Source: Circinaria calcarea
Taxonomy: Eukaryota
Length of the DNA stretch: 63,888 nt
Reading direction: 5' to 3'
NCBI GenBank assembly: GCA_051942165.1
Contig: JAVECS010000003.1
Coordinates: 1 to 63,888 of the forward strand
Made by a program: the position numbers and the translations under genes. The notes beneath the pieces are model-generated. The model saw only the letters and a list, made by a program, of their open reading frames with translations, was not told where the DNA came from and made no database searches. Positions 12,473-26,405 of the stretch are shown here, piece by piece; within the stretch, counting starts at the first letter, position 1, and each line of letters begins with the position of its first letter.

Positions 12473-15311
12473 ATGATGGCGTCAAATGCTACTTTCCCGG
12501 GGCAGTCAACCCAAGGAAAGCGTACGTCATTCGGTGGTTATCCAGGTAGCAATGCGTCTTTGCTTCTTGAGAAAGCCAAAGCTGGCATTCGTCGCTCTAC
12601 ACCAGATTCGGAGGCCTTAGCTTCTTCAGACGACGAGCAAGATCAGCATCATCAGCATCATTCCATCGCTCCTCAATCTGGGTCAAGAGTGACGCGCCGT
12701 TCCTCGTGGCTAAACGAATTTCAACAGGCGACTCAACGTAAAGCGTCTTTGAGCGGCAGTGGCACTTTCTCGCCCGCTAGTTCCCACCCGACGACGCCCG
12801 TTGCTGACCAGACCTCCTGGCTTCCTAGTACTGCTTCTACTATGTCAACTCCTGCAGGGCGCGTCCACTCGAGTAGTACCTCTTTCCCGTGGGGAAGTAC
12901 AATATGGAACAATGACAACCAAAAGGGTCCTCCGTCGCGTCTAACTGAAGTCTTGCCCTCACCCACAACTATGAACCCACCGTCCTCTGCAGCCTTCTAC
13001 GGGGACGACGCACTATTGAGTCCTCCAATCAACAGGGACAGTGTAGCAGACTCTGCCATCCCTTTCGCGATACCCCTCCACCCGACCCCGAAGACGTACC
13101 GTTCTCAGTCATACTCGGTCGGTCAATTGGATCCTGAATCTGCCGGTGGTTTTCCTAGCGGCGGCGGCGGGTATCCTCTTGCTAGTGGGCGTGGCCGAGC
13201 AGGTTCCTCGTATACCGGGCTTCAGCATCGCCCATCTCGTCCGAGCATGCTCGGTGAATTCTCTCATGACACTCCGACTTTAGGTCAACTCCGAGAAGTC
13301 GAGGACGATGATGACGAGAGCTCGAACGCTTCAGAAGCTGGGGTACAGTTAACCAACGCGCAAGCACGTACGATCGAGCAACTTGCCATGGAAAATGCTC
13401 TCCTCCGACAAGCGGCGGCCAACCACCAGCAAAATACAACACCCACTGATCCTAAAGCCCGGAATTCGACAGCGCATCTGCTTGGCACTCGTCTCGGTGG
13501 GCGGATTGGGCAACAGCAGTTGGACGATCGAAAGACTGGGGATCGAGAGTACGCACAAGTTGGAGTAGATTCGTCAAATTCAGGTCAAGCCTTTGATCAC
13601 ATTGACACTGCTGGTAGACGGCTTAGTGAGTTCTATGCTAATTCTGGAAGTCAATACCCCATTGCAGGTACACTCGAAAACCGTAAGCTCGAGAGCGTCA
13701 AAAAAGGACATTGGCAAAGCTCTTTGGGTTTTGGAGGGCTCGCTGAAGTTCCGCAAAGCCGTCGCCACTCCTTTGCCGACGTACCAACTCGTCATGGGTC
13801 GATCAGCTCCAGCGGAGAGCTACAGGGTAGTGTCAATAGTGCACGGGGTGGAAACGTCCCATCGGACGAATCCCGTAGCCTTACCGGCTACGGTGAAGGA
13901 CTTGCTCACTCGTCTCAGACTGATAGTGGTGAGTATACCCATTTTCGTTTACGTCACAATCTTGAGGAAGCAGCCTTGGAACTCGAGCATTTACACAATC
14001 GCAATTTTGCAGCTTCATATTTTTCCATCATGGACCCCTCTATACGCAATCCGGATCTCTACCGATCGGCAAATTCCCCCTCGGCCGTTCAGCAAGCGTA
14101 CTCTATAGCGGGTCAGTACAATCGATCAGCACACGTTGGACCGTCCCAGCCACACCCCGGTCAGCTCTTATGCATGGTTACATTTAAGGCTTGTCGGGCA
14201 GAAGTTTACTACGTTCAGGAAGGAACTGGTCTACAGGTCAAGACAGGCGACTTGGTAATTGTCGAAGCTGATCGTGGTACCGATCTGGGAACAGTCGCTT
14301 ACCATAACATTACTTGGGCAATGGCTAAAGACCTTAAAGAAAGTTTCATCGAGGAACATTACAAGTGGCTCATGATGTTTTCTCGTCACGGACAGAATGG
14401 AAACGCCGCCGCCGTGAACCCGAACGGCCCAGCGTCTTCCATGACAGGGGCCATACCGAGTGCAGTTGGAGGTATGGGGCCCGCAGGACAGTTTCCGGCT
14501 CAGGACCCGCAGAACGTTGAGCTGAAGCCAAAGATGATCAAACGCGTTGCGCAACCTCACGAGGTACAGACCCTGAGGGACAAGGAGGCCAACGAAGCGA
14601 AAGCCAAGCGAGTATGCCAGCAAAAAGTCGTCGAGCACAGGTTGAACATGGAGATTCTAGATGCGGAGTTTCAAATGTCAGCGATAATCTTACCAACTCT
14701 TGCAAGACCCTACTAATGGACGCGGCAGGGATTGGAAGAAGTTAACATTCTATTATTTCGCTGACTCGTATATCAACTTCAATTCCCTGGTGACCGATTT
14801 GTTCAAGATATACAAGACTCGTATATGGATGTCAGCAATCAATCCCGCATCTTTCGTCACCCCGAGCCTTGGACTTAACAAACTACCGAGCTTGGGACCA
14901 CCGAACACTGATCGTGATCACTTTACGGAGGCCCGAGTGCGGAAGGAGAACTTTGGTTTCAATTCGAATCCTTTGTCCGAAAATCCTCACGGGCCGTTCG
15001 ATCAAATCTGGAGTACTGGACCGGAAGTCAATCCACCTTCGTCAATGCTCCCAAGTACTTATCCGCAACTCTACGGCTCTCAAGGGATGGAGTCCCAAGT
15101 CCCAAATCCGAATCTTTCAGAGTATACTCGCGGAGTCCAGCCTGTCGCACGCTCGCATTCACCTTTCAACTATCAGGCAAACAGTCCTTTTCGCGCACAA
15201 TCATCTGCCTACACGAACGTAGATTTCAACAATGCAGCCGGTAGACAGGCATACGCACACACTGGAAGTGATTGGAACAAGGCCTTTTATGGCCTCTCTT
15301 TAGGATCTTGA
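12473..15311 (+). CDS. PSP1 C-terminal domain protein
   Basis: VTFKACRAEVYY..GDLVIVEADRGTDLGTV and MEILDAEFQM|DWKKLTFYYFADSYINFNSLVTDLFKIYKTRIWMSA; one intron at about 14677-14729. Confidence 0.9.
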
Positions 15312-16097
15312 TCATGGGTACCCCCCGCTTCCGGTAGCAATTTAATGCTGACGTTTCATCAATATGCGGTTCATCATCGAGTGGAATGGCATATTCGGGG
15401 CCTCGGCACCGCATGCATTCGGTTTTTTCGGATCCCCGATGGTTGTTCGGGGCGCGCTCGTGCTGGCTCGCATTTCCGTACAATCATTCGGCTGTTACAT
15501 TCTCCTCAAAGCGTAAGCGGGAGCTCCACCCGTACACTTCCGAGAACGACAATTGTCTGGCTCCACGTTGCCATACTAAGTTTCGGGAAGAGCTTGGCTC
15601 GGACGTATTGCTTGAGAATCATCGGAGTTTGCTGTGGCGGTATCTGAAACCATGAATCCATGATGTTACTGGCACATGTGGCTGTTGGATACCTAGATAC
15701 TGGGTGTGCTGAATGAATCTGCTAGGCCGAGTCCGCGTGTACATATGATGAAGCCATGAATCTCCCATTCGCAGATAGTGCTCTTCCATTATCATTTACT
15801 TGTCACGTTGATCAAACATCTCATTCTGTTGCAAACATACCATGGAGCCTCACAGTGTTGGCTTCCCTGCCTTGAATGTTTGAAGGATTCGACGCTCCTG
15901 GGGCAAAACACTAGATGGTGCTCTTCCTCCGCCGGATGTTCTTCGATGGAGGCCGATGTAAAGAAACGGTGGTAAGGTACCTATTGGCCAAAGTCGAACT
16001 ACGTACGTAGTGGTTGCGTTGTCTCGCTAAACATAGCCCTGTGCAAGGACCCCGAAGCTCGATTCCTTTTCCGAACATTTACCTCTCACGGTAGAAA

Positions 16098-17090
16098 ATG
16101 GGGACGACATCGAAGAGAAAAGCTGGTGTGTAAGCTCTGCCCGACTTCATCTTCACATACTCTCAGCATTCTGTTTCGCTCACATTAGTAGAAACGCAGA
16201 GCTCAACCATTCCCAAGAAGCCCAAATCCGTTAACCGCGTGCGAAGAAGTCGCGGTCCATCCGAGTCGGAACACTCCGAGTCTGAAGAGGATATTGGACA
16301 CCTCGAAGCTCAGTCCGCCTTGGCTTCTGACTCGCCAGAGCTATTCCACAGTCAGACTGACCGAGAGATAGGCGATTCCTGGCCCTTAGCAAGGCGATCG
16401 TGCTCGCGAAGAGCAAGAAGTCTGACGAGAACCATGCAGTAAAATTCGAGAGTGTCGTCAAGGAGAGGCAGCGGGCTTTGTCAGAATTATTGGACCGGAA
16501 GGCCAAGGAAGCGTGGGAAACTGACCTCTGGTTGATATTTAAGTCAGCTCGGCTGACTGCTCCTCGTCTACGTTAGATCATTACGTTGTACCACAGCCCA
16601 TAAGACTTTAGTTTCGCTGCTTACCGCCAACATTACCCCCGTCATGTCAACCTTATCCGAAGCTTATAACGAGGCCCAGCCTCTCTTCGATGCCAGAGTG
16701 GCTTTGCATCTGCTGCACGGGAGATCACAACTACTCATGGATGCCTCAAAGGATATTAACTCAAAATACGATAGCATCTCACAAGAGATTTCCGCCATCA
16801 CGCAATTGCTAGAACTAGGGCAAGAATGGGACGGCGATGGCCAAAAGCTCCTTGGCATTCTCGGCCTTGGGAGGAAAGCCTCCGAAGAAGGCATCATGGA
16901 TCTATTATTTGGGGAGGATGTTGCGGAGATACATGCAATTTCAAAAACGTCGGGCTCATCCAAGCACAGAGACGTCTGGACCAATTTCAGCACCCTGGCC
17001 AGTGATAATGGGGATATGGGAGAATCTTGGGCACTTGTAGCGCAGAGGACCGAGAAGGGTGTTCGACGTCTTCGAAAATATATTGAGTGA
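16098..17090 (+). CDS. Hypothetical protein (probably 3 exons)
   Basis: ATG at 16098 (MGTTSKRKA) followed by intron-like segments with branch/acceptor signals. The 148-aa terminal ORF looks like helical coding sequence. Exon boundaries are uncertain. Confidence 0.6.
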
Positions 17091-17739
17091 AATCACAGCA
17101 GGGGTAAATCTAGATGGAAGACCTCTGTAATGATGGAGTAGTTGCGAGCTCTAGCTTCAAGCCGTCAGTAAAGCTGAAAATCCCCATATCGGCAATTTCT
17201 TGAAATAAGCATGGCCTTTCTTGATAGTCATATATCAACACTGCCATTTCCCGCTGTCACGATCTAGAGTACCTGTTTCAATCGGGAGTCAGCATTTGCC
17301 GTGCAGAGGACCACAAATGGGTCCCCGAGTGCTTTGGAAAGGGCGTCGGGGCTAACTGTGCTATGGTATTCTACTGTGTAAGCGAGAGGTATAAAAGCTA
17401 GAGCTTTTACAGAATAGCCCCGGATCCGAGCCCACAACCCTCTTGAACATCTAAAAAGAAAAACTCCTAACCTGTAAACCACCACAGCTCACGACGGCCA
17501 AGGGCGAACTACTGCAAAGGCAAGTTCACCCCTTCCCACAGACGGTCTGCCAGAGACGTATTCAAGACAATTCCATTTGGGTGGTTGCTTCAATCTGGAC
17601 GTTTGTCAATAAGCTCCCCCCCCCCCCTATATTCTGACCTCTCTTCTCGAACTTATCCTTATATGGCGTTCCTTACGTTGGACCTTAAGAAGGCGATTCG
17701 ATACCGTTCCGTCATTGCTAATCGCGATTTTTCGTACAG

Positions 17740-18613
17740 ATGGGTTCGCACAAGTACATCGAAGAATTGCACAAGAAGAAGCAGTCAGATGTCATGCGAT
17801 TTCTTCTCCGAGTACGCTGCTGGGAGGTAAGACGACTTCATGTCTGTTGGCTGGAGTGGGGAACACTAGACATCGTGGCATCCATATGCCTTGCTATACA
17901 CTCGTTGAACTCAGCTAAGAGTGCATTAATATAGCTTCGACAATTGAACGTCGTCCATCGCGCATCTCGTCCATCTCGTCCGGACAAAGCCCGTCGTCTG
18001 GGATACAAAGCCAAGCAGGGCTATGTTATCTACCGTGTGCGTGTCCGCAGAGGTGGTCGGAAGCGACCTGTACCAAAGGGAGCTACCTACGGTTTGTCAA
18101 TCTCATTCCGGTAACGACCAGTCTAATAGGAATCGTTACGCAGGCAAGCCAACGAACCAGGGTGTCAACCAGCTCAAGTATCAGCGTTCCCTCAAGTCTA
18201 CTGCCGAAGAACGTGTCGGACGTCGCTGCGCCAACCTGAGAGTTTTGAACTCCTACTGGATCAATCAAGATTCCACCTACAAGTACTTTGAAGTTATCCT
18301 GGTCGATCCTCAGCACAAAGCCATCCGTCGCGATTCCCGCATAAACTGGATTGTTAAGCCTGTTCATAAGGTATACCTTGATGACTCGTCTCTCTACCTA
18401 CGATCATTGACTTTGGAATAGCACCGTGAGTCCCGGGGACTTACAGCCACCGGGAAGAAGTCTCGTGGATTAGGAAAAGGACATCGCTTCAACAAGACTA
18501 CTGCCGGAAGGAGAAAGACTTGGAAGGTACGAAAGAAAGGGTTCGAGGTTACGGGGCTAGTTACTGACTTATCACAGCGTCTTAACACTCAATCATACTG
18601 GCGTTATCGTTGA
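17740..18613 (+). CDS. RPL15: 60S ribosomal protein eL15 (203 aa)
   Basis: Exons 17740-17826, 17935-18091, 18144-18370, 18422-18526 and 18578-18613 total 612 nt. Motifs [33 protein letters not shown] and [25 protein letters not shown]. Confidence 0.98.
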
Positions 18614-19203
18614 TGGTTGGTCGTTGCAGGAAGGGGCGGTAAGCTCTGCATTAGCTTCCAAGATGTCTCATAGAATGACAGGCCGTAGTACAAGTATTCT
18701 ACTTGCTCTGAAAAATGAAAGTCCTATTCTATTAGGTTGAACCGCGTAGTCATTGCATGTTGCCCTTCTCAAGGGTTTCTCCCTCGAATCTCCATTATAG
18801 CTGCATATGATCGACAGTAAACAGCATCCCACCTAAAATACTCCAATTGCCGAGGGTTAGCAAGGTTTTTAGTAGCACCTTCCGGATGACTGATGTTACA
18901 AACATGCTGGTCAGCCGGGCAACTTCAATGGCACTTCTCCACTTATCAATTCAGCCGCTATTTGCGAGGACTGATACGCCACTGATCCACACAGAGAAAG
19001 GTGATGAAAATGACCCTCCGTGATCCTACACTTAGCCGCCGTGAATATCTCCGGGAGGCAACTCAGCATACCACAATAGCTCGGAGGAACAGCGGAACGC
19101 CAACGCCAGTTGCCAACAACCTAGGCTTCGACTCTGAGAACAAGGCGTTACGGATGAGTTTAAGGATCGTCTCAGATGGTTAAGGCGCGGTTGGGATAGT
19201 CCG

Positions 19204-22200
19204 ATGCCTTCCTGGCCTTCTCGATTCCTTCCTGGGCCCTCTAACTCAAATAATCTCTCCCCAACTTCTGCAGCTTCTCGCCATGACGAAGTTCCTCCTC
19301 GAGGTCAGTTCTTCGAGGCTGCGGCTCGGGAAGACAGTTTCTCCAATGCAGCTTCTCGCCGACAACGAACTTTCTCAGGAGGCTCGGCTTCGAGTGCAAG
19401 TCCCGTGCAGCGGCCTTCCAGTCATGGACGATCAATTAGCCACCCGTTTCCTTCCCTGTTTGGCAACGGGAAGAAAGCGGAGAGGAAGCCGGCAATGATG
19501 GCAGAGGGCCGTAGCGGTGTCATTGGAATCGATTTAAATGCTTCCGACGAGGAAGCGTCCGAAATCACAGCTGGACCAGGGAAAAACGGCCTTCGAACGC
19601 CGGACCAGAGGAGTGCTGCTCAGCGATCAGACACGGGTTTCGTTACTGGAAGGTGCGCCACTTGTGACTCTATGGTGCGCTGGCCATGTCATTTGGACGT
19701 CTACAGGTGCTCTACCTGTCTTATGATTAATGATCTAAGTTTACCTGCAATGGTGAGGGGAAATGTCCAGGCCGAAACGTCGTCATGTAAAACAGATTCT
19801 CCTTCCGGCGTTAAAATAGGTACGTGGTTGTTGAAGCCTGTCACTGTGATGGTGCTAACGATCGGCCGTCTAGTTCCTCCATTGTCACTGAACCGAACCA
19901 AAGACCTCATCGACCAATGCGTTAACTTGTACTTACAACGAATGGCAAGGCTTATAGATGGAAACGAGGGTATAGCTCTCGAAGCACCATCTTCGGTAGC
20001 GATCCTGTGTGCGCCAGCAACTAGATCAAGACACAGTACCTCAGCACCTCCATCCCATTGGCATCCTTCACCAACCACGGGGATCGATGCACGACCTCCG
20101 CCATCCCCATCAGCTCTCTCTGACAATGCACAGATAAGCCGTGCAAAGTACACCTTTCAACCTCTGGAAAAGTACCTCGTAGCATCGCTGCAAGGTTGCG
20201 CTTGCCTCAATAGCTCATTCAGTGTCATAAGACCGTCTTTACCTATGCGGTCGGCCAGCGAAGGAACAGCGTTGAAGCAGAATACGCTGCTGACGATTGC
20301 CTCGAGCGACTCTGCCACTCATCTTTCCGAAGTTGATGCAAAGACGTTACTTTTGGGTGACTTCGCTGAGAATGGTTTATGGTGGACCGGAGCTGGTATT
20401 GATCGTCACCGATCCCAACGAGACAACCCAGAATATTCCATACTGCTAGATGGTACAGATACACGATCGTATCCTAGGTCGTCTAGGATCAATTGGCCAG
20501 AAGTCGACCGATGGTACAGTATAATTCTGTCATGCGGTGACTCTTGGCGGGAAAACTGGCAGAGATTTAGACACGGCAGCTCTGACATTGAAATATCGGC
20601 CGAAAGTATCTCCGAGATCGAAAAGCACATAAAGGAAGACATGGTTGAGGCTCGGGTGCATGTCCAAAAAACCTTTTTAAAAGCTATAGAGAATCTATTA
20701 CGTCGACCAGGCCGGCCACTGAGAGTTCCCGAAGATTGTCGGTTCCTGCCAATTCTGCTTGCAAATCCACTTCTCAGTTCTCCGAGTTCCAACGCTTCGA
20801 AATCGATGTCGCTAGGCGAAGAACAGAAATCAACAAGCAACGGCTTGAACGCCACAAACGAGTTGCATACAACACCCTTACGAAAAAGCTTCACGTCTAC
20901 CGACCAGGTGGAGTCGAAGGGGCCATCTGCCGGACAGCATTCGGGCATTATCAAGCGCATTCTGGGTCTCATGGCAAATATTACAAGCGAGTGTCACGAA
21001 TATTTGTTGGCGTCGATATATCGCATGCCTGAGTCACATTTTGGAAAGACAGTGGAACTTGTAGGGTCTTTCGTAAACTATCGTCTATGTCGGCTAGCAG
21101 GCCGCAAGCGAAGTCTAAGCCATGACCCAACGGCAGGCCTTATTCCGGACATATCTGGTCCAGGTGCAGGAACGTCGGCACATTTGCATGCCGCACTTGG
21201 CACAACAACACGATCAAGAACCCCAGAAGCAAGGGAGTATCTTATCAACTACGGCGAAGACTGGCAGATCAGAGCTGCCGCAAAAGTAATGTCTCTACTT
21301 TTTACCGTCAATAACAGTGGTCTTCATTCCCGGCGTGGGTTTTCACATGATCCTTTGAATTATGCTAGAGCACGTGCTCACAGACGGGCCCAGCTTCTGC
21401 CAACCAGCCAGTTTTATAACACGCTTCTGGATTGCGCAGACCTGATTGCAGATTTCGAAGCATGGGAGTCTAGGAGGAGCAAATTTACTTTCTGTCAGTA
21501 CCCAATGTTTCTGTCCATATGGGCCAAGATACGTATCATGGAGTATGACGCCCGAAGGCAAATGGAAGTAAAGGCTAGAGAAGCTTTTTTCGATAGTATC
21601 ATTAGTCGAAGAGCGGTTAGTCAATATCTTGTCCTCAAAGTGCGTCGTAAGTGTCTTGTGGACGATAGCCTACGAAAGGTAAGTGAAGTCGTCGGCACTG
21701 GACAAGAAGAGATCAAGAAGGGTCTGCGTATCGAGTTCCTTGGCGAGGAGGGAGTAGACGCCGGAGGGTACGTGTCTCTGCCCACTCAATAGCTTGCGTA
21801 TCCTCAGAAGCCCAGACCTAATACATGCAGATTAGGCTACGCAAGGAATGGTTTCTCTTGCTCGTGCGGGAAGTATTCGATCCGGACTATGGTAGGGATT
21901 CAGATCTTCAAGACTCTGAAGATATGCTAAGGCTTTTGCTCTAGGCTTATTTATCTATGATGAGGATTCTCGTTACTGCTACTTCAATCCCAGCAGTTTC
22001 GAGACGTCCGACCAGTTTTTTCTTGTTGGCGTAGTACTTGGCCTAGCCATCTATAATTCAACAATTCTGGATGTAGCCCTACCACCATTTGCCTTCAGGA
22101 AGTTGCTTTCTTCTGCGCCAAATCAAACCGGACCTGCGAAATCGTCTACACGCCCAGCTGTCAGTTATACTTTGGAGGACCTTGAAGAATACAGGCCAGC

Positions 22201-22867
22201 TCTTGCTAAAGGCTTAAGGCAACTTCTCGAATTCAAAGGCGACGTAGAGGCGGTCTTCTGCAGAGAGTTCGTGATTGATGTCGACCGTTACGGGCAGATC
22301 GCACGTGTACCTCTTTGTTCTAACGGAGAGAACAGGGTCGTAACCAGCGGTAACCGGCGAGAATTTGTCGACCTGTATGTTCATTATATTCTCGATACGG
22401 CTGTGGTTAGACAGTATGAACCCTTCAAACGCGGCTTCTTCACAGTTTGTGGTGGCAACGCACTCTCTCTGTTTCGGCCCGAAGAGATCGAATTGCTAGT
22501 GCGTGGCTCCGACGAGGCCCTCGATGTGAACTCTCTTCGAGCTGTGGCAGTGTATGAGAATTGGGGCGTCGGGCCCGGGGTAGAGCAAGAACCTACGATT
22601 GCTTGGTTCTGGGAGGTGTTCCTCACTGTGGATGTTAAGTTTCAGAGAAGGATCCTCAGCTTTATTACGGGCAGTGATCGCATCCCGGCCATGGGAGCAA
22701 CCAGCCTTGTGATTAAAGTCGCCTGTCTTGGTGACGATCATGAGAGGTTTCCAACAGCGAGAACATGCTTCAATATGTTGGGCTTATACCGGTATATGAC
22801 AAAAGGTGAATTGGAGACCAGGCTTTGCAGAGCAGTCCTCGAAAGCGAAGGCTTTGGGTTAAGATAG
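19204..22867 (+). CDS. HECT-type E3 ubiquitin ligase (Hul4/Mug30-like)
   Basis: N-terminal CATC..CSTC zinc ribbon; HECT motifs LRIEFLGEEGVDAGG|LRKEWF, FITGSDRIP and catalytic PTARTCFN; C-terminus EGFGLR. A probable stop-free 54-nt intron at 19820-19873 and two introns near 21768-21944. Confidence 0.93.
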
Positions 22868-23174
22868 CAGGAATGCTCCTTATAGGTGTGGTATGAGGTT
22901 TATGTTTAGGGGGCGGGGGTCATCTTACGTTACGACGAGGATTTGGCCCTGGATATATATGGTGACTGTCATCGTAGGCGGCAGGCTGGCTTTGATAGTC
23001 CTGCACCCAGGCGTTGGGTGCGGTTTGCATGAATGGGTCATGATTACAGCACGCGGTATGTAATGCTCCATTGGGGACCGGTTTCTGAGACTTCGGGAAG
23101 TCCCCAGGGGATCGTCACGTAGATGCCATCACAAGCCATAGTAACATCCGGGGCAGTTTGAGTTTCACAAGCAA

Positions 23175-25246
23175 TCAATCGACCTTGCTATCCATTCGTG
23201 CAGCCCGATTAGCTATTTTGAGGCTCTTCTTCACTCCCTTCATACTCCGCCTCGGCCTCGCTTTTCTCCTGCTCGCCGGCAACGGCCTTGATCCACCCAT
23301 AATCCAGGCGTTCATCGGTCGTCGGGAACCAACATGCCTCCCATTCGGACTAAAGACTTCGACAGCAGGGAGTCTAGTTTTACCATCCCCCTCCCCAGCA
23401 ACGCTCCCACTAGCCGATTCGAGAGCTCGTTTGCGGACCTGTACAGCAAGCTCGATCCACCCACAGCCTTCGATAAGGATGTCTATAGAGTAGATCACAA
23501 AGGGAAGAATTTGCGGTTTCAACCCCACCCCTGCCGATGCAGTCAAGGGGCCGGCTCGGTACTTGGTTACATCCCAGGCCAAGGAGAACGTTCCTGCAGA
23601 GAGCATTTTGTCCCCAGCTCCAGACAATGTAATGGTGGGTATCCCGGACGAAATGCGTTGAGTATGGATCGCAGCTGCTTTCTCTGTTGACGTGACATGA
23701 CATGGGAGGGGTACGAACGGACAGACAAGGAGGACCATGTCAGCAAATAGAGGGGTGATTCTAACAAGGCCGCCTATTAACAATGACTGACCAGGCTTGA
23801 CAGTAAACTGCTCCGGTTTCAGTCTCTGTTTCATCACCAGATCCAGCTTGTGCTCTTGGCGGACATGATCCTCTAGATTACCTCGTGATAGTCCAGGTAA
23901 ATCAATGAGCTCGCCTCTTCCGGAACCGAAAGGTAGACGGATAGGAGATGCTGTCGTCCCAGGTAATGATGATACAATTGGCATCACCGGAAACGCCCTC
24001 TCTGCTGGTGCAGGTGGCAACAATGTCGACTCATACCCGTCTTCGTCATTATAATCTTTGGGAGTTTTCAGGTTTGGTCCGTCCTGCGGATCTGAATCTT
24101 GCCGAGCAACTGGCGCTTCCTGAGCATCGTCCTCCTTGAAGGCGGAAGAACGCAAGGCTTGGAAGCTAATAGCTTCATTCCGACCTTTGGGAAATACAGA
24201 CTCGAATAAGCTGGATTTCCCAACATTCACCTTTCCAACCAACCATCCGCCCCCTCCGCGTTTCCATATATCCTCTTTCAGATCCTTTGTCCACCAACCT
24301 CGTTTCGAACTCACGCATCGAACGTTACCTAGTCGAACATCTTTGCCTGATGATCCGAGGTTGTCCCTTAGTACCTGTATCAGATATGGCATTAATGAGT
24401 CAACTTGCTCCTTCTTAGGTGCCAGCAAATCAGATCGAGTTATGATAAAGCTTAGCTCTGCTCTTCGGCCATGATAGAATTTCCCAAGTTTTGCACGCCG
24501 GTTCTGGCTGCGTTGTGGCATTAACGAAAGATGCCGTTGTAACTGCGGGATTAGAGAAAGTGGGAAATCGGCAGCATCCAGCACGTGGTATATGTGGTTG
24601 TATTTGAACGGTGACTCTGAGATGGTTTCCTGAATGGATTGCAAAGTTGGATGGACGATAGAAACTCCCTTATGATGATGTAATAAGTGGTGACAGCGAT
24701 CACAGACAGGAGTAGTAGCAGGCGTCTCAGCAAAGATGTCTGCAAGGATGTTAGAATGTAGCACGAAAGAGTTGCTGGAAGGAAAATGTAACCTCCGTTA
24801 TGTTCCGAGACATCATCAAGCCCAAGTCTTTGTCGAATAGATGGTTTCGCATCGGCAATGACCTTATCGAACAGCTGCGCCTCTTCTATGTTTTTGCTTC
24901 CTATTGTAACCTGCTTCGCCTTCAAAAACGCCTTCACCGGTTTTCGCGTCGTAGAATAGAAACCGGCATCGTCTAGATTCAACGTCTGTGTATATGCACC
25001 GCAGCCGGGACATGTCCATGGTAAGCCTGAAGGGAGCAATGTGTCTACAACAGCACTGTCGACTAGCGGCGCTTTTAAAGTCTGCAATGAGCTTTGCTGC
25101 CTCCTAGTAGTTGCATTCTCGATGTTGCCGCGCTTTGCTGGAGACCAGCCAACATAATGAGGACCGCTGAGTAATGGGCAAAGAAAAGTTGGTATGCTCC
25201 ATCTTTGGAGGTGCGGTGAACAGAAACATCGCGGCCAAGCTCTCAT
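23175..25246 (-). CDS. GEP3: Mitochondrial circularly permuted GTPase Gep3/Mtg3 (mitoribosome small-subunit assembly)
   Basis: CPGC..CDRC zinc finger; G4 TRSD precedes G1 GKVNVGKS, G2 LPGTTA and G3 DLPG (cpGTPase order). One intron at about 24793-24741. Confidence 0.9.
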
Positions 25247-25393
25247 TGTTCAGGTTGGGAGTGGTTTTCCAAGACGCACAAAGTTGAAGGTCCCGGCGCT
25301 AGGCGTTTACCCTAAATTTAGAACAGCATTCAAGCGATGCCCTAGCTTACCAACCTTGGTCCGGGCCTGCCATTCCATTCTGCAGACTTGAGG

Positions 25394-26405
25394 ATGAGTG
25401 AGTTCCAGAACGAAGCCGTTGTGGCTCCACGGGCTGAGGAGTCCAATGCTTCAAAACAAGCTCGTCTCCGCCGCGAACGCCGCGAAGCCAAAATCAAGGC
25501 AGGTGGCTCCGCACGATTGGAGAAGATCACGAATCTCTCAGGGAGACCAGTGGAGCCAGGTATCTACTCTAGAGCACCCTGTTTTTCTTACATCGCTATA
25601 GAGCTCCGCCTGACTCTAAGCACTGCCAGCCCAACCCACTACCGACGCTTTGCCTCCGCATCCGTACCCCCAAAGTCCTCTGTCTTCCGAAGATCCAGAA
25701 GAAATAGACATCACCAATCACCCTTTTACCTCCTTTCGGACACCTGATGGAACGCGTTCGCCAGACCCGCGGCAGTTATTACGGGGTAGCCAGGCGCCCC
25801 ACATGAGTGGTAGTCGGTTCGACATACCAGGCCAGCAAGGGCAAGGAGGCATGGGTGGAGAAGAGGAAGATCCGATGATGAGAATACTTCAGCAAATGAT
25901 GGGAGGAATGCCGGGAGGAGCCGAAGGGACCAGGGAAGGTGCAGACGGGGGGCTACCTCCAGGGCTAGCAGCAATGCTAGGTGGTGCGGGCATGGGAGAG
26001 ACAGAATCCGTCCAGCAGGATAATACTTTTGGATCTTTTTGGAAGATCATACATGCACTTTTCGCATTTTCGCTTGGCATCTACATTACCGCCATGACTT
26101 CCTTCAGCGGCTCTCGCCTGTCGCGCTCTACGCTAGTGGAAAGGGAGCATATAGGCGTGCAGTTCTTCTGGGTGTTTGCTACGGCGGAATTGATTCTGCA
26201 GTCCAGTCGATTCTTCTTGGAGCGGGGAAAAGCTGCGCAAGTGGGCATACTCGCGACCGTGGCGGGATTTCTGCCCGAGCCATGGAAAGGGTACGTGGGA
26301 CTTGTGAATAGGTATAGCGGTATCTACACGACCATCGTTGAGGATGCTATGGCGGTAGTGTTCGTGCTGGGTTTAGTTGCTTGGTGGCAGGGGCTGGCTG
26401 GCTAA
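25394..26405 (+). CDS. GET2: GET complex membrane insertase subunit Get2/CAML
   Basis: N-terminal QARLRRERREAKIKAGGSARLEKIT motif and three C-terminal hydrophobic segments; intron 25560-25629. Confidence 0.88.
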
